Positions 39,981-54,572 of a stretch of DNA of 64,000 bases are shown here, in pieces. The notes below the pieces were generated by a model. The model was not told the DNA's origin and did not search any database. It saw only the letters and a list, made by a program, of their open reading frames with translations. Source of the stretch: Eledone cirrhosa (taxonomy: Eukaryota). Location: positions 9,796,001 to 9,860,000 of the forward strand of contig OZ024747.1 of assembly GCA_964016885.1 (NCBI GenBank), given 5' to 3'. The position numbers and the translations under genes are program-made. Every line of letters starts with the position of its first letter. Within the stretch, counting starts at the first letter, position 1.

Positions 39981-40789
39981 TCAGTAATGAAATAAGTTAC
40001 AAACTGACGAGGGTGATTGATTTCGTTCTGGATTTGAAAATTTAAAAAAAGACGGTGAATTGGTAGAGTCGTTTTTTTTTTTTTGTTTGTTTTTTCATAA
40101 TTCTTTCAGAATGAAAATTTAAGCTAAAATATAAACACATATAATAAATACAATTAACTATTGCTATGAAGCTTACAAATATAACACATCAAAATATATG
40201 ACCAGAGAGATAAAAAAGTAAACAAAACAAAAGCGACCATCAATTCACCACCAACCGGAAATGAGATCGTAAAAGAGTAAATAAAAGAAAAAGAGAGGTT
40301 ATATGTTTTAATCCGTATGGTGAGCAAATGTGGTTGGCGGATAGAATACTTTCAGATCGGCTCTCTGTGTTTTGAGTTCGAATCCCACCGATGGCAATTT
40401 TTCTTTTCTTCCTTTCGAGATCGATAAAGAAGTACCAGTCAAATACTGGGGTCGATCTTCCGTTATATCTCTTTCTCATTACCTCCGCCCTCTCTTTCTC
40501 TGAAAGAAATCGTCTGTGATCAGATCTGGAAGGGGGGGGGGCTACATCAATATTAAATTGTCTTAGACACGTCGTATGTCATTACTACGGCGTCCCTAGG
40601 ACTACATCACAAGTTACGGATTCATATATAATACACGAGTGTCGGGGTTTTACTGTTATCGCCGTTGTTTAGACCCGAGTCAACTCCTACTCTATCTAGC
40701 AGACCCCTTGGTCATAGGCATTAAAGCCCTGACCTCCACATCTTCTTTGAAGAGATCTCTAGCAAGACTACATTATCCAGTGTAAAGGA

Positions 40790-41003
40790 CGGTAGTTTGG
40801 TAGTAATCGGTAGAGCGTCGGACACCATGCTTTGTGGCATTTAGTTACGTCCCTTTACGTTCTGAGTTCAAATCCCTCCGAGGTTATCTTTGTCTTTCAT
40901 CCATACGGGGTCGATAAAATAAAGTACCAGTAATACACTGAGGTCTATTTAATCGACCATCCCCTCCCCCAAAATTGTTGGCCTTGTGCTTAAATCAGAA
41001 ACC
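40790..41003 (+). mobile_element. SINE family B
   Basis: Matches the consensus. Confidence 0.85.
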
Positions 41004-41186
41004 AATATATCCGTGTTTAAGACGGTATGGTCTGATATGAAGATTTGGCTGCTATTTCTAGCAAGTCAAGTGACCACATGGAGTTTCCTTCATTTGTTCA
41101 TAGGTGTACTTATTCACGTGACAGTCATCAATCAACCAAATTATATATATTTTTTTTGTTAAACAGTAATTCGAGCCATTCTTTCC

Positions 41187-41512
41187 ACGATCTCCATGTG
41201 TCTAACACACGTGGACATGCCCACAAAGTCAGAAAACAGCACAGCTCCCATGACTTTCGGAAACATTTTTCCACACTCAGAGTTGCTGAAGCATGAAACA
41301 AACTACCAGCATCAGTTGTTAGCTGTCGAGACACTGCATCCTTTAAAACCTCCATGCTTCTCGAGATTCGCCAACACTACACCTAATGTTCCCCCTCCAT
41401 ACACATACACACATGTATATTCACTTCCCTGACATTTGTATATTATTCTATGTACTATATGAGTTGTAGTGCACCTGAGCACTTTACACAATAATTTCAT
41501 TATTATTATTAT
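41187..41512 (+). mobile_element. CR1 3' end fragment
   Basis: Homologous to 19425-19912, with (ATT)n tail. Confidence 0.88.
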
Positions 41513-41751
41513 TTATTATAAAACAGAAAGAACTTTCGAACACGAACTACAAGCCCACCATCAGACAAACTACAAGCCCACCGTCTGCCCCCCCCCCTCT
41601 CTCAGTCACTCACACAATCTACTCACTGACAAACATGACAGTCAATATAATAATATACTTTAGTATTAAATAAACTGCAAAATCATTGTACATGTTGTTG
41701 TAAATTGATATCATTCTCCCATCATGAGATAAGTTTAGTTCTTTGTTAGTA

Positions 41752-42200
41752 ATTCACTACACACGCCATAGAATAGGGGCTTCACTACACATCATAAAAT
41801 AGGAACTTCACTACACACGCCATAGAATAGGGGCTTCACTACACATCATAAAATAGGAACTTCACTACACACACCATAGAATAGGGGCTTCACTACACAT
41901 TATAAAATAGGAACTTCACTACACACACCATAGAATAGGGACTTCACTACACACACCATAGAATAGGGACTTCACGACACACTGTCACCATAGAATAGGG
42001 ACTTCACTACACACACCATAGAATAGGGACTTCACTACACACACCATAGAATAGGGACTTCACTACACACACCATAGAATAGGGGCTTCACTACACACAC
42101 CATAGAATAGGGACTTCACGACACACTGTCATCATAGAATAGGGACTTCACTACACACACCATAGAATAGGGGCTTCACTACACACTGTCATCATAGAAT
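41752..42200. repeat. ~27-31-bp minisatellite, ~16 copies
   Basis: Unit cttcactacacacaccatagaataggga. Confidence 0.93.
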
Positions 42201-42314
42201 ATCCTGGCCACATATACATACATACATACATACATACATACATACATACATACATACATACATCCATACATATATACGTACATACATATATATGTGTGGG
42301 TGTGTATGTATGTA

Positions 42315-42346
<32 letters not shown>

Positions 42347-42544
42347 CACATCAGTTTGACAATCGCCATCGACGAATGTGAGAATGTTCTCCAAGAAAGT
42401 TAACCAGGAATCTATAAAAATCTCCCACTGAAGTTAACAAAGAACTTACTAGATCTACAAAACCAAATTGTAAAATCATATTATAAAATTAAATTAAACT
42501 GTTTAGAGCTACAAGTGAAGTCATTCTTTTCCTTTATATATATA

Positions 42545-42995
42545 TGGGGGGGGGGGGGGTGATTGTATATACATATGCATGCATATATACATATATATAT
42601 GGGGGGGGGGGTGATTGTATATACATATGCATGCATATATACATATATATATGGGGGGTGGGTGATTGTATATACATATGCATGCATATATACATATATA
42701 TATATATGTGGGGGGGGGTGATTGTATATACATATGCATGCATATATACATATATATGTGGGGGGGGGGTGATTGTATATACATATGCATGCATATATAC
42801 ATATATATATGGGGGGTGGGTGATTGTATATACATATGCATGCATATATACATATATATATGTAGGGGTGGGTGGGTTGTATATACATATGCATGCATAT
42901 ATACATATATATATGTGGGGGGATTGTATATACATATGCATGCATATATACATATATATATGTGGGGGGGTGTATATACATATGCATGCATATAT
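42545..42995. repeat. ~50-55-bp tandem of poly-G + tgattgtatatacatatgcatgcatatatacata, ~9 copies
   Basis: Direct inspection. Confidence 0.9.
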
Positions 42996-43099
42996 ACCCA
43001 CATTAAATACACATGTAAATATATAGCTACATACACGTGTTGCAAGAGATGATTCACGTGCAGAAACATTTACAATGCCCCATTTGCTTTGGTTACAAG

Positions 43100-44428
43100 A
43101 ATCACTATCATCACCATCATCAACAACACCATCACCATCATCAACAACACCATCACCATCATCACCATCATCATCACCATCATCAACAACACCATCACCA
43201 TCATCACCATCATCATCACCATCATCAACAACACCATCACCATCATCAACAACACCATCACCATCATCAACAACACCATCACCATCATCAACAACACCAT
43301 CACCATCATCAACAACACCATCACCATCATCAACAACACCATCACCATCATCACCATCATCACCATCACCACAATCACCATCACCATCATCACCATCACC
43401 ACCACCATCATCACCACCATCACCATCATCATTACCATCACCACTACCATCACTACCATCATCACCACCATCACCACAATCACCATCACCATCATCACCA
43501 TCATCATCACCATCACCATCATCACCACCATAACCATCACCATCACCATCATCACCACCATCACCATCATCACCACCACCATCACCACCACCATCATCAT
43601 CATCACCACCATAACCATCACCATCACCATCATCACCACCATAACCATCACCATCATCACCATCATCATTACCATCACCACTACCATCACCACCATCACC
43701 ATCATCATCACCATCATCACCATCACCATCATCACCATCACCACCACCATCACTACCACCAATCATCACCATCAACACCATCACCATCACCATCATCACC
43801 ATCATCACCATCATCATTACCATCACCACTACCATCACCACCATCACCATCATCATCACCATCATCACCATCACCATCATCACCATCACCACCACCATCA
43901 CTACCACCAATCATCACCATCAACACCATCACCATCACCATCATCACCACCACCACCACCATCACCATCACCATCATCACCATCAACACCACCACCATCA
44001 CCATCATCACCACCACCATCACCATCAACACCACCACCATCACCACCATCACCATCACCATCATCACCATCACCATCATCACCATCACCACCATCATCAC
44101 CACCACCACCACCATCACCATCACCATCATCACCATCAACACCACCACCATCACCATCATCACCATCACCATCATCACCACCATCATCACCATCAACACC
44201 ACCACCATCACCATCATCACCATCACCATCATCACCACCACCATCACCATCAACACCACCACCATCACCATCATCACCATCACCATCATCACCATCAACA
44301 CCACCACCATCACCATCATCACCATCACCATCATCACCACCACCATCATCACCATCACCATCATCACCACCACCATCATCACCATCACCACCATCATCAC
44401 CACCACCACCACCATCACCATCACCAAC
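43100..44428. repeat. (CAT/CAC/CAA)n trinucleotide repeat
   Basis: Direct inspection. Confidence 0.96.
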
Positions 44429-44858
44429 ACTGTCAGTGTTTATTCACTTTTATATTTGCCACTGATACCCACACACGGATGATACACCAAATAATGTATA
44501 TATATACAGTTACTATGTTACTATGTAAACATAACACACACTCACATACACACATATATATACATATATATACATACATATACATATATATGCATATATG
44601 TGTATTTATATATGTGTCATCATCATCATCATCACTTAACGTCTATCTTCCAGGCTAGCATGGGTTAGTGTGTGTATATATATATATCTGTGAGTGTATT
44701 TGTATATATATATACATATATGTATGTACACACACACACACACACACACATACATATATGTATATATTTATATATATATTTATATATTTATTTATATATA
44801 TATATATATTTATATATTTATTTATATATTTATTTATTTATATATATATATATATTTA

Positions 44859-44939
<81 letters not shown>

Positions 44940-45320
44940 GCTTCCTGAAAACCTAATAACCACACACATATGTTTACAAGTTATATTAATACTAGGTTAT
45001 TTGTATTAATATTATTAACTTATTAAATTAGGTTGACACCTTTCACAATGTTTTCTTCTTTTCACAAACTGTTTTCTTTCATTTTTAACTGTTTAGATTA
45101 CACAATATTGAGCTGGAATTAAAGCCAGTTCTGTGTTAGTCTTAATAGCAGCTGGTATTGTTTTAATGGGGCTACAAGAAAATATATAGAATGGTCTTGG
45201 TGTCACGGAGGTGTTAGCTGTTAGATATTACATTGCAAACTGTAAATTTAGCTGCTGATTTTATTTATATTTGTTTAACTATAAATATATATGAGGATGG
45301 GGATATAGATAGAAATGAAG

Positions 45321-45358
<38 letters not shown>

Positions 45359-45374
45359 ATATATATATATATAA

Positions 45375-45479
<105 letters not shown>

Positions 45480-45563
45480 TATATTCATAAATACACTCTG
45501 CCATGGCATAGAGTGCTGGTTTTGGTACCTTCCACAATAAACCACGAATCTACTGAACCACTT

Positions 45564-45595
<32 letters not shown>

Positions 45596-45598
45596 AAG

Positions 45599-45684
<86 letters not shown>

Positions 45685-45685
45685 A

Positions 45686-45736
<51 letters not shown>

Positions 45737-46229
45737 GTATATATATATATATACATACATACAGAGAGAGGTGGAAGAGAAAGAGAGAAATCTAGGAAAT
45801 TGTGTGGATGGGTGGGTAGATGGCTAAATTGGTAGAATTTCAGTAGATAGTCCTAAATTCTCTTTCTATATGAGTTACCTCCCTTATCATTTAGCTTTGT
45901 TTACTCTGCCAATATGGTTCTGGGCCAAAATGGGCGTTGGTTTAAAGATTCACATTGTTGGCACTGTTGGGTGGTTACGGTTTTTTTTACGCTAGTTATT
46001 TATTAGTTTTTTTATTCTTACTTGGTTTATTTGTTTCTTGGTATTTTCTCAGGTCTTTATTTTTCCAACCTCTGTTGCTTACATTTTAAAGCAACGAATG
46101 TGTGAAGGGCGAGTGTTGGAGAGAAGCTTTACCAGGCTTAAAACCTCCTACACTGAGAATGAACTAGAAATAGGAGAGCGAGATCATATATTGTAAAGCA
46201 CGTACACGCATCTATATACACACACACAA

Positions 46230-46264
<35 letters not shown>

Positions 46265-46272
46265 TGAGATTC

Positions 46273-46315
46273 TACAGGACTAGAACTGTTTCATTCTTTA
46301 GAAATCATCAGTGAT
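46273..46315 (-). ncRNA. HHR core with a disrupted stem I
   Basis: Minus strand: CTGATGA tttc-taaa-gaat GAAA c-agttcta-GTC. The upstream stem-I arm is replaced by the hairpin gtgatgtttgctc/gagcaaacatcac. Confidence 0.4.
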
Positions 46316-46546
46316 GTTTGCTCGGATCAGAGCAAACATCACAGACGCTCTATCTCAAAATTATTTTTGAAAAGCATTAGAAATGCGCAACCGGTAAAAC
46401 TTGAAACCAAAACTGAATACTAACCAATACAATTACTAATTCTCACTTATTCCTAATTAAACTATTTTTCACTGTGAACAATTTGTCAGCATTTTCTATT
46501 CCGTTTACCAATATATAATAACTTGTGTGTTACACCTCTATTCTTT

Positions 46547-46610
<64 letters not shown>

Positions 46611-46726
46611 AAAAAAAAGGAAAAAAATGACTTCACTTGTAGTTCTAAATAATTTGATTTAATTTTATATTATAATCACTAGCAGAAAAACCATCCTTCG
46701 GGTGGTTTTCTGCTAGCATCTGTAGT

Positions 46727-47257
46727 GTGGCCTACTCAGCCTGGACGAACTTCGTGTCTCCATCGCCCTCAGAGTGGGAGCTGACGTCTGCATGGGTGTA
46801 AGGTGCCGATGCGGCAAACTCCTCGACTCCACAGGCCTCCACGGTCTTTCTTGTCGCTTGAATGCCGGCCGCTTCGCACGTCACACGGAGCTAAACCTCA
46901 TCCTCAAGAGAGCTTTGGCCCAGGCGAACACCCCCTCAGTCTTGGAACCATCGGGGTTGTCCAGAAGTGACGGCAAAAGACCTGCCGGCTTTACCCTGTG
47001 CCGCTGGCCGAGAGGCAGATGCCTTGTCTGGGACGTCACTGTTAGTGACTCTTTTCCTCTCTCCCATATCCTGGATGCTGCGGTTAGGACGAGAGCCGCA
47101 GCCGAGCGAAGTAAGACCCTCAAATACTCTGATCTGTCGGCCAGTTACCTTTTTCAGCCTGTGGCTTTCGAGACGTTTGGCGGAGTCGGACCGCTGACTG
47201 CGAGGTTCCTCTCTTCACTGGCGGCTCGCCTAATAGAGGTAACTGGCGAATCTCGCG
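46727..47257 (+). mobile_element. CRE-clade non-LTR retrotransposon fragment (CCHC finger + restriction-like endonuclease)
   Basis: LRVSIALRVG..CRCG...GLHGLSC....RFARH...LEPSGLSRSDGKRP(A)G...LVWDVTV...KYSDL...FQPVAFETFG. The catalytic PD reads PA here. Confidence 0.88.
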
Positions 47258-48202
47258 GGTGCTTTTGAAACTGGGAAGCTTGGGAAACAGTTTCAGAAGC
47301 ACCCGCGTATCGAAACTCAGCTTTATCTAGATTCTGCAAATTGTGTATTGAGGAAATTTTTTATATACTTAACTGTAAAAACTCTATTAATCTAAGAACG
47401 AATTTATTTAATTCTTGTAGACATCGCCAGAATTCAACATTCAGAACTATATATAACTTATAATTATACTTATAATATTCCTATTAATCTCCATAACAAT
47501 CTCATCTACTTGGTTTTAATATATTGATATCTCTAAATCATAATATCTCTAACATTTGCTATACTTCCACTTCTTAAAAATTTTCATATAATATATACGT
47601 ATATAATTTTAATTTTTTAAATTTAAATTTTAATAATTTTTTATTTCTTTAAAAATTACTCTCCTTTTTATAAGTTTTTTTTTAATTTTCTCAAAAACTT
47701 TTTTCAAAATTTTTTTCAAGGTTTTTTTTTTATTTTTTCAATACTTTTTCAATATTTTTTCAATATTTTTTTCAATATTTTCTCAATATGTTTTCAATAG
47801 ATTAATAACCACTAACTGATTCTGACTAAATGTATCTTAAACATTCATATTTATTTTGACTAAATAGTTTCACACTAACGAATAAATAAATAAAACCGGA
47901 GTGTTTTCCTTATCTTCCCTTTTCAATCATATAAATATAAATATTCTTACTTAACTCAGTTAATTTAATTTAATTTTAAATCATTCTCAATTTTAAATAC
48001 ATATTTATTTACATAAAATACAAAACCAATATCCCTCATAACTCATTAGAACAACTATCTATAACATGATATACCCATCTATTTATCTATCTACTTTAAC
48101 AGAAGAAAAATATTATATTATAGACAAATTTTAAACAACTAATAATCGTACAATATCCTTTTAATATAAATACACATGCTATTAAAATATATACTTACAT
48201 AT

Positions 48203-48647
48203 CATGGATTCATTGAAACTCCGACGTCTGGCAATGGACTTGGTAAACACCCACAAAGTTATTAACCATCTCGCCAACAACGACCCTGAGCACCTTTTTG
48301 ATCTCCATGTGTCTAACACATGTGGACATGCCTACAAAATCAGGAAACAGCACAGCTCCCATGACTTTCGGAAACATTTTTTCACGCTTAGAGTTGCTGA
48401 AGCATGGAACAAACTGCCTGCGTCAGTTGTTAGCTGCCGAGACACTGCATCCTTTAAAACCCTCATGCTTCCCGAAATTCGCCAAAACTACACCTGATGT
48501 ACCCCTTCCATACACATGCACACATCATGACTCATGCACTGTTCATTTTCCTGACGTTTGTACATTACCCTATGTGCTATACATACACTTTTGATGAGTT
48601 GTAGTGCACCTGAGCACTGTACACAATATTTTCATTATTATTATTAT
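48203..48647 (+). mobile_element. CR1 3' end nested in the PLE 3' region
   Basis: MDSLKLRRLAMDLV...FFTLRVAEAWNKLP plus UTR and (ATT)n. Homologous to 19330-19912. Confidence 0.92.
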
Positions 48648-48934
48648 AATTGAATATATTTCCCTCAAATTAACGTTATGAGTTTTTTATTCATCTTCGC
48701 ATATTTCCTTCTTCTCTCTCTCTCTCACTATTTTGTCCTTCTCTTCTCTCTCTCACTATCATAAACTCTCCCTAGTCGTTTAAATAAACGGTTGTTTTTC
48801 AATTATTTACATATTCATTTGCATATTCACCCATAAGTTTGAAAAATCCCTAATACATTTCCACTATCCAGAGAATATTCAACTGATAAGGTATGATTTT
48901 CCTGGGTATGTCTCTATTTACAAAACAAACTTTG

Positions 48935-48997
48935 TATTTTATCTGAAGAAAGCGTACCAAAGTATTTTGGTACCCTTGAAATATATATAATAAAATA
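48935..48997 (+). ncRNA. Minimal type-I hammerhead ribozyme
   Basis: tattttat CTGAAGA aagcgtaccaaa-gtat-tttggtaccctt GAAA t-atat-ATA ataaaata: 8-bp stem I and palindromic stem III. Confidence 0.75.
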
Positions 48998-49055
48998 AAT
49001 ATGGTTTTATAAATATAGTTTCCATTTATTTAACATCATTGTATATATATATATA

Positions 49056-49128
<73 letters not shown>

Positions 49129-49317
49129 GAGTTAAACAAGATTCAATGAGTATATCAAAGAATGAGTTTTACAGTAGATTGGAAGCACTCTACGAGAAAT
49201 AATTTTCCAGAGTTATTAATATTAAAATACAAATATTAATAAAATACTAAATATTAATAAAATACTACCTTGATTAAATCTTAACCATTTAACATCTCAG
49301 GGTATGTCATGTATCAT

Positions 49318-49376
49318 TATATTTTGTCTGATGAGGACGTACAGTTGTACATCCGAAATATGTATAATAAAATGTA
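49318..49376 (+). ncRNA. Minimal type-I hammerhead ribozyme (second PLE-like end, 49124-49420)
   Basis: tatattttgt CTGATGA ggacgtac-agtt-gtacatcc GAAA t-atgt-ATA ataaaatgta: 10-bp stem I and G-C closing pair on stem II. Confidence 0.8.
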
Positions 49377-49413
49377 ATTGATCAAAAGAACATCTATTTT
49401 ATTAATATTTGTA

Positions 49414-49713
<300 letters not shown>

Positions 49714-49757
49714 TATATATATATATATAGTATATATATATATTATATATATATATA

Positions 49758-50004
49758 TAGTGAAAGAATGAAGAATAACATGGTTGGTTGTACAAAAAGG
49801 GTTTTATTTAGAGTATTAACAATTGTTTCATTGATCAGGTGAGTCTAAAGGCCGCTGATCACTCGAAATTGCGTCACTCGACCTTAAATACAGTGTGTGT
49901 CTCAGATCAAATCGTCTGGGTACTGTATGATCAATGAAACAATTAATACTGTAAATAAAACCCTTTTTGTACAGCCGACCATGTTATTCTTCACTCTTTC
50001 ACTA
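49758..50004. mobile_element. PLE-like inverted arms (49758-49837 / 49929-50004) with HHR 3' halves
   Basis: tagtgaaagaatgaagaataacatggttggttgtacaaaaaggg...tttcattgatca and its near reverse complement. Confidence 0.7.
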
Positions 50005-50407
50005 CTCTTACTCCAAGAATAACCTACATGGGAACTCGCTACCTAACTAAGGAAACCTCTTGTTGAGTCAAACAACGCCGTACGTTAAAACTATCCATAG
50101 TACAGAGCACTCACAACCTCTAACTGGATTACCTAAAACGATAACTTGTTATCCCATATATATATATACAGAAAATATTTGTACAACACCACCCAAGGGA
50201 CTGAACAATGTTTTCCCTCTCCAATATTTATATTCTCAACTTGAATTATTTTTCATAGTCAAGCAACGTTGATGCTCAGAACTTTCAAATTCAAAAACTT
50301 AATAAAAAGTTTTTTTAAATAAAGTCTCTCTCTCTCAGACACGAAATGCTCAGATAAATAGGTGACATGTGAACTGTGTACATAATGAAACATGTATATA
50401 TACATAT

Positions 50408-50444
<37 letters not shown>

Positions 50445-50766
50445 GTAATAATAATAAATTTGAAGACTAAAATCCAAAGAGAGCTCGATAAGGATAAATA
50501 TATATCAAATATATAAGAACCGTAGAGCAAATATTTATTAAAATAACAGATTAAAGTTTAAGCAAAGAATCGCTGCTTTCACCCTTAACGGGATCTTCTG
50601 AAACTAAAAAAATCAATCTGTGAACTCAGAAGTAAATATTTCGAAAAACGTTGCAACCGAAGGAAGACAGGAAGACGATACTCTGGTTCGTGGAAACGTT
50701 CCCTGGCAAAGAACGGAAAAAAACGAAGATAATACGTCATTATTTGGATCGGTTAAAACAATTACA

Positions 50767-50800
50767 CACGAGGGTTGGCTAAAAAATTCATAAACTGACC
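50767..50800 (+). mobile_element. mariner-like TIR remnant
   Basis: cacgagggttggctaaaaaattcataaactgac resembles TA-CGAGGG mariner ends. Confidence 0.4.
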
Positions 50801-51939
50801 ATACTCTCATGGAATGACCAAGGCCGGATTTAATGATCGGAGGGGGGGGGGGGGTCGAATTGGGCAATTGCCCTTGCCCTCCTGCATTGGGTGGGGGAGG
50901 GAGGTGCCACCAGTGATGGCTGCAGCAATTTATTTGTGCCCTCAGCTGGGCTTTTTAGTTTTGGGATGGTTAGAATTTTTGAATTTAATACCTGTATGGA
51001 TAACTTTTCAATATCAAGGAGTTGCACCAAGCTAACTTTGATATTTAAAATGTGGGGGGGGGGGTCATTTGTAATTTTTTTGTGTATGAGGGTCCACCTC
51101 GAACCTGAAGTGCCCTGGGTCCCCAATCATGAAGTGCTCTGGGTCCCCCAAAGGTCTAAATGCAACCTTTCCTATGACTCCCTCAAGAGTTATGGGGGTC
51201 ATGTATGGCACCATTTAATCTAATTCTGTCCCTTTGTTTACACCATCCAGCTCAACCTCACCTATTCCTGTCCTAGTTTTACATGTGGTTACCGTAGACA
51301 ACAATAACCTTCAAATGTCCTTTACCTTCTTGTAACCTGCTCTTTCATTTCTAAGCCTGAAATATCTCTCTCTCTCTCTATCTATCTCTATCTCCCCCCT
51401 CTCTCTCTCTCTATCTCTATCTCCTCCCCCTCTCTCTCTATCTCCTCCCCCTCTCTCTCTATCTCTATCTCCTCCCCCTCTCTCTCTATCTCCCCCCTCT
51501 CTCTCTCTCTATCTCTATCCCCCTCTCTCTCTACCTCTACCTTTTTCGCTATCTATCTCTCACCCTCTCTCCTTTTCTCTAGTTCGCCCTTCCTCTGTTT
51601 CCCCACCATCTATCTCTTTTTTTTTTCTCTCTCACTATCTATATAGTGTGGATACTGTTATGTGAGAGAGAGAAAGAGACAGACAGACAGACAGACAGAC
51701 AAAGAGAGAGAGAGTGGTGGTGGGAGGAGGAGGAGATGTCGGTGATAGAAATAGTTTCTCTGCTGAATGTTTAGCTTTGATGTGCCTCCTTTCTAATTTC
51801 TGTACTGTGTCTCAGCATCTCTCTCTCTCTCGCGCTCTCTCTCGCTCTCTCTCTCTCTATATATATATATATGTGTGTACACATATATATATATATGTAT
51901 ATATGTGTGTACACATATATATATATATATGTATATATA

Positions 51940-51980
<41 letters not shown>

Positions 51981-52044
51981 ACATATATATATATATGTAT
52001 ATATATGTGTACATATATATATATATGTATATATATATGTGTAC

Positions 52045-52076
<32 letters not shown>

Positions 52077-52107
52077 GTGTACATATATATATATATGTAT
52101 ATATATA

Positions 52108-52138
<31 letters not shown>

Positions 52139-52159
52139 GTGTACATATATATATATATG

Positions 52160-52190
<31 letters not shown>

Positions 52191-52812
52191 GTGGGTACAT
52201 ATATATATATATATATATGTGTGTGTATATATATGTATATATATGTATATATATGTATATATATGTATATATATGTATATATATATATATATATAGGTAT
52301 ATATATATATGTGTGTGTATATAGGTATATATATATGTATATATATGTGTACATATATATATATGTATTATATATATATATATATCAAGCACCCTCTCCA
52401 TCAGCCCCTTCCCCTCTCCCCTATTGCAATACAAACCTATAAGTCACTGAACCAGTTACCACAATGAACATATAATACACAGCCATTAGTTGCTTATTTA
52501 ATATAAACACCATATAGTAAAATATTATAACTGGTAGTAGTAGTAGTAGTAGTATGTTTGTTTTACTACAAAGACATGTGAGGGATACTTCATAGACAAA
52601 CTATAAAACATCGGAGTGTTGGTGGGGGTCGGAGCTAGGGCAGGTGGGGGTCAGAGCGATGGGGGAGGGGTATCGGAGCAGTGGTGAGGGCTATATTGTG
52701 TCAGAAGCCCGACATTTATACCAATACAATAAAATATAATACATACATACATACATACATACATACATACATACATACATACATACATACATACATACAT
52801 ACATACATACAT

Positions 52813-52849
<37 letters not shown>

Positions 52850-52883
52850 TACATACATACATATGTATGTATGTGTGTAACTG

Positions 52884-53027
52884 CCGTATTTCAAGGACAT
52901 ACCCTGATTTTGACAACCAAAAATCTGGAAAAAATAATAAACAACCTTTGGCCTCCAGGACGCATGGTAGATTTTTGAGACTTATTTTAGGGGGAAAAAG
53001 TAGCGTCTTCGATGACGGGAAATACGG
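52884..53027. mobile_element. pogo/Tc2-type MITE
   Basis: CCGTATTTC...GAAATACGG|TA terminal inverted repeat. Confidence 0.65.
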
Positions 53028-53143
53028 TATATACATACATAAATGTATGTATATATGATGATGATGATGATGTGTATGTGTGTATATTGACAAAAAAAAA
53101 TACCAGTCAAGTTCTGGGGCCAATTCATCTTCTGTGTGTGTGT

Positions 53144-53244
<101 letters not shown>

Positions 53245-53570
53245 ACACACACTCTCTCTCTCTCTGGAAGTAATCTGATGAATTCAGACCTGGGGGGGAG
53301 ATGGGCCCTGCCAGGTTTAAAAGATGCCCTAGAAATGCTGTATGTCATTAAGGTGTCTCTACAATACTCTCAGGTGTTACGGGTCCTTTTATTATTACTC
53401 TTCATGTGTCTCAATGACATGATAAACCCCCCCCCCTCCTTACTGTTGGTGTCATGATAAAATGTGTGATGCCCTGTAGAGTGTTAATGTATGTAAGGGT
53501 GATACAGGTTCCCCAGCCAGCCTGAGAGGTCAGTAGCTCCAAATAAGGTCTGACTGATGACCTCTCTAAC

Positions 53571-53626
<56 letters not shown>

Positions 53627-53640
53627 AGGTAGGTTAGAGA

Positions 53641-53776
53641 GGTCCAGAAATAGCCGTCGAAACGGCTTGAGCTCTGCCATCGGGGTCATACCTTTTCCTA
53701 TTACCCACTCTACTACCCTAAGTATTGAGTACTCTGGTGCGTTATGGTCCATCTGGTTCCTTACCACACTTCCTTC

Positions 53777-53778
<2 letters not shown>
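53641..53778 (+). mobile_element. Half-hammerhead element, truncated within the stem II loop
   Basis: gtccagaaatagccgtcGAAAcggcttgagctc...attacccactctactaccctaagtattgag. Confidence 0.85.
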
Positions 53779-53821
<43 letters not shown>

Positions 53822-53916
53822 AATGAGTTATTTGTTTTGTTGATTATTCAACAAAGTTAATTTATAACAGATTAGAAGCACTCAACAGATTTTTCTGGAG
53901 TATAATAACAATAATA

Positions 53917-53952
<36 letters not shown>

Positions 53953-54071
53953 CAAAATAGGGTAGAAAATGATTGAAGAACCAAAAAGCTTCATCAAGAA
54001 CATCAAAGTAAGGAGCCAGTAATTCATAGTCCCATCTCAAAGATGTCTGTACATTACAACAAAGAATAATA

Positions 54072-54572
54072 ACCATCATCATCATCATCATCATCACTAC
54101 CATCACCATTATCATCATCATCACCATCATCATCACTACCATCACCATTACCATTATCATCATCATCACCATCATCACTACCATCACCATTATCATCATC
54201 ATCATCATCATCACCATCATCACTACCATCACCATTACCATTATCATCATCATCATCATCATCATCACTACCACCACCATTATCATCATCATCATCATCA
54301 TCACCATCATCACTACCATCACCATTATCATCATCATCATCATCATCATCACTACCACCACCATTATCATCATCATCATCGTCACCATCATCATCACCAT
54401 CATCACTACCACCACCACCATCACTACCATCACCATTACCATTATCATCATCATCATCACCATCACTACCATCACCATCATCACTACCACCACCATTATC
54501 ATCGTCACCATCATCACTACCATCATCATCATCATCACCATCATCACTACCACCACCATTATCATCATCAAC
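54072..54572. repeat. (CAT)n-derived repeat
   Basis: Direct inspection. Confidence 0.95.

Larger units (their letters stand above)
47281..49042 (+). mobile_element. 5'-truncated Penelope-like element: GIY-YIG endonuclease C-terminus, AT-rich 3' region, terminal HHR
   Basis: 47281-47463 reads WETVSEAPAYRNSALSRFCKLCIEEIFYILNCKNSINLRTNLFNSCRHRQNSTFRTIYNL* (CxLCxxE...N.R..L...CRH motif). HHR at 48935, then AATAAA and (TA)n. Continuity across the AT-rich part is inferred. Confidence 0.72.

Noticed and set aside
43037-44482. Poly-His ORF beginning HLQCPICF (RING-like)
   Set aside because: Only one CxxC, followed by a trinucleotide repeat that is largely open in several frames.
50570-50765. CpG-richer segment with X-box-like gttccctggcaa
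   Set aside because: An imperfect single motif with no linked gene.
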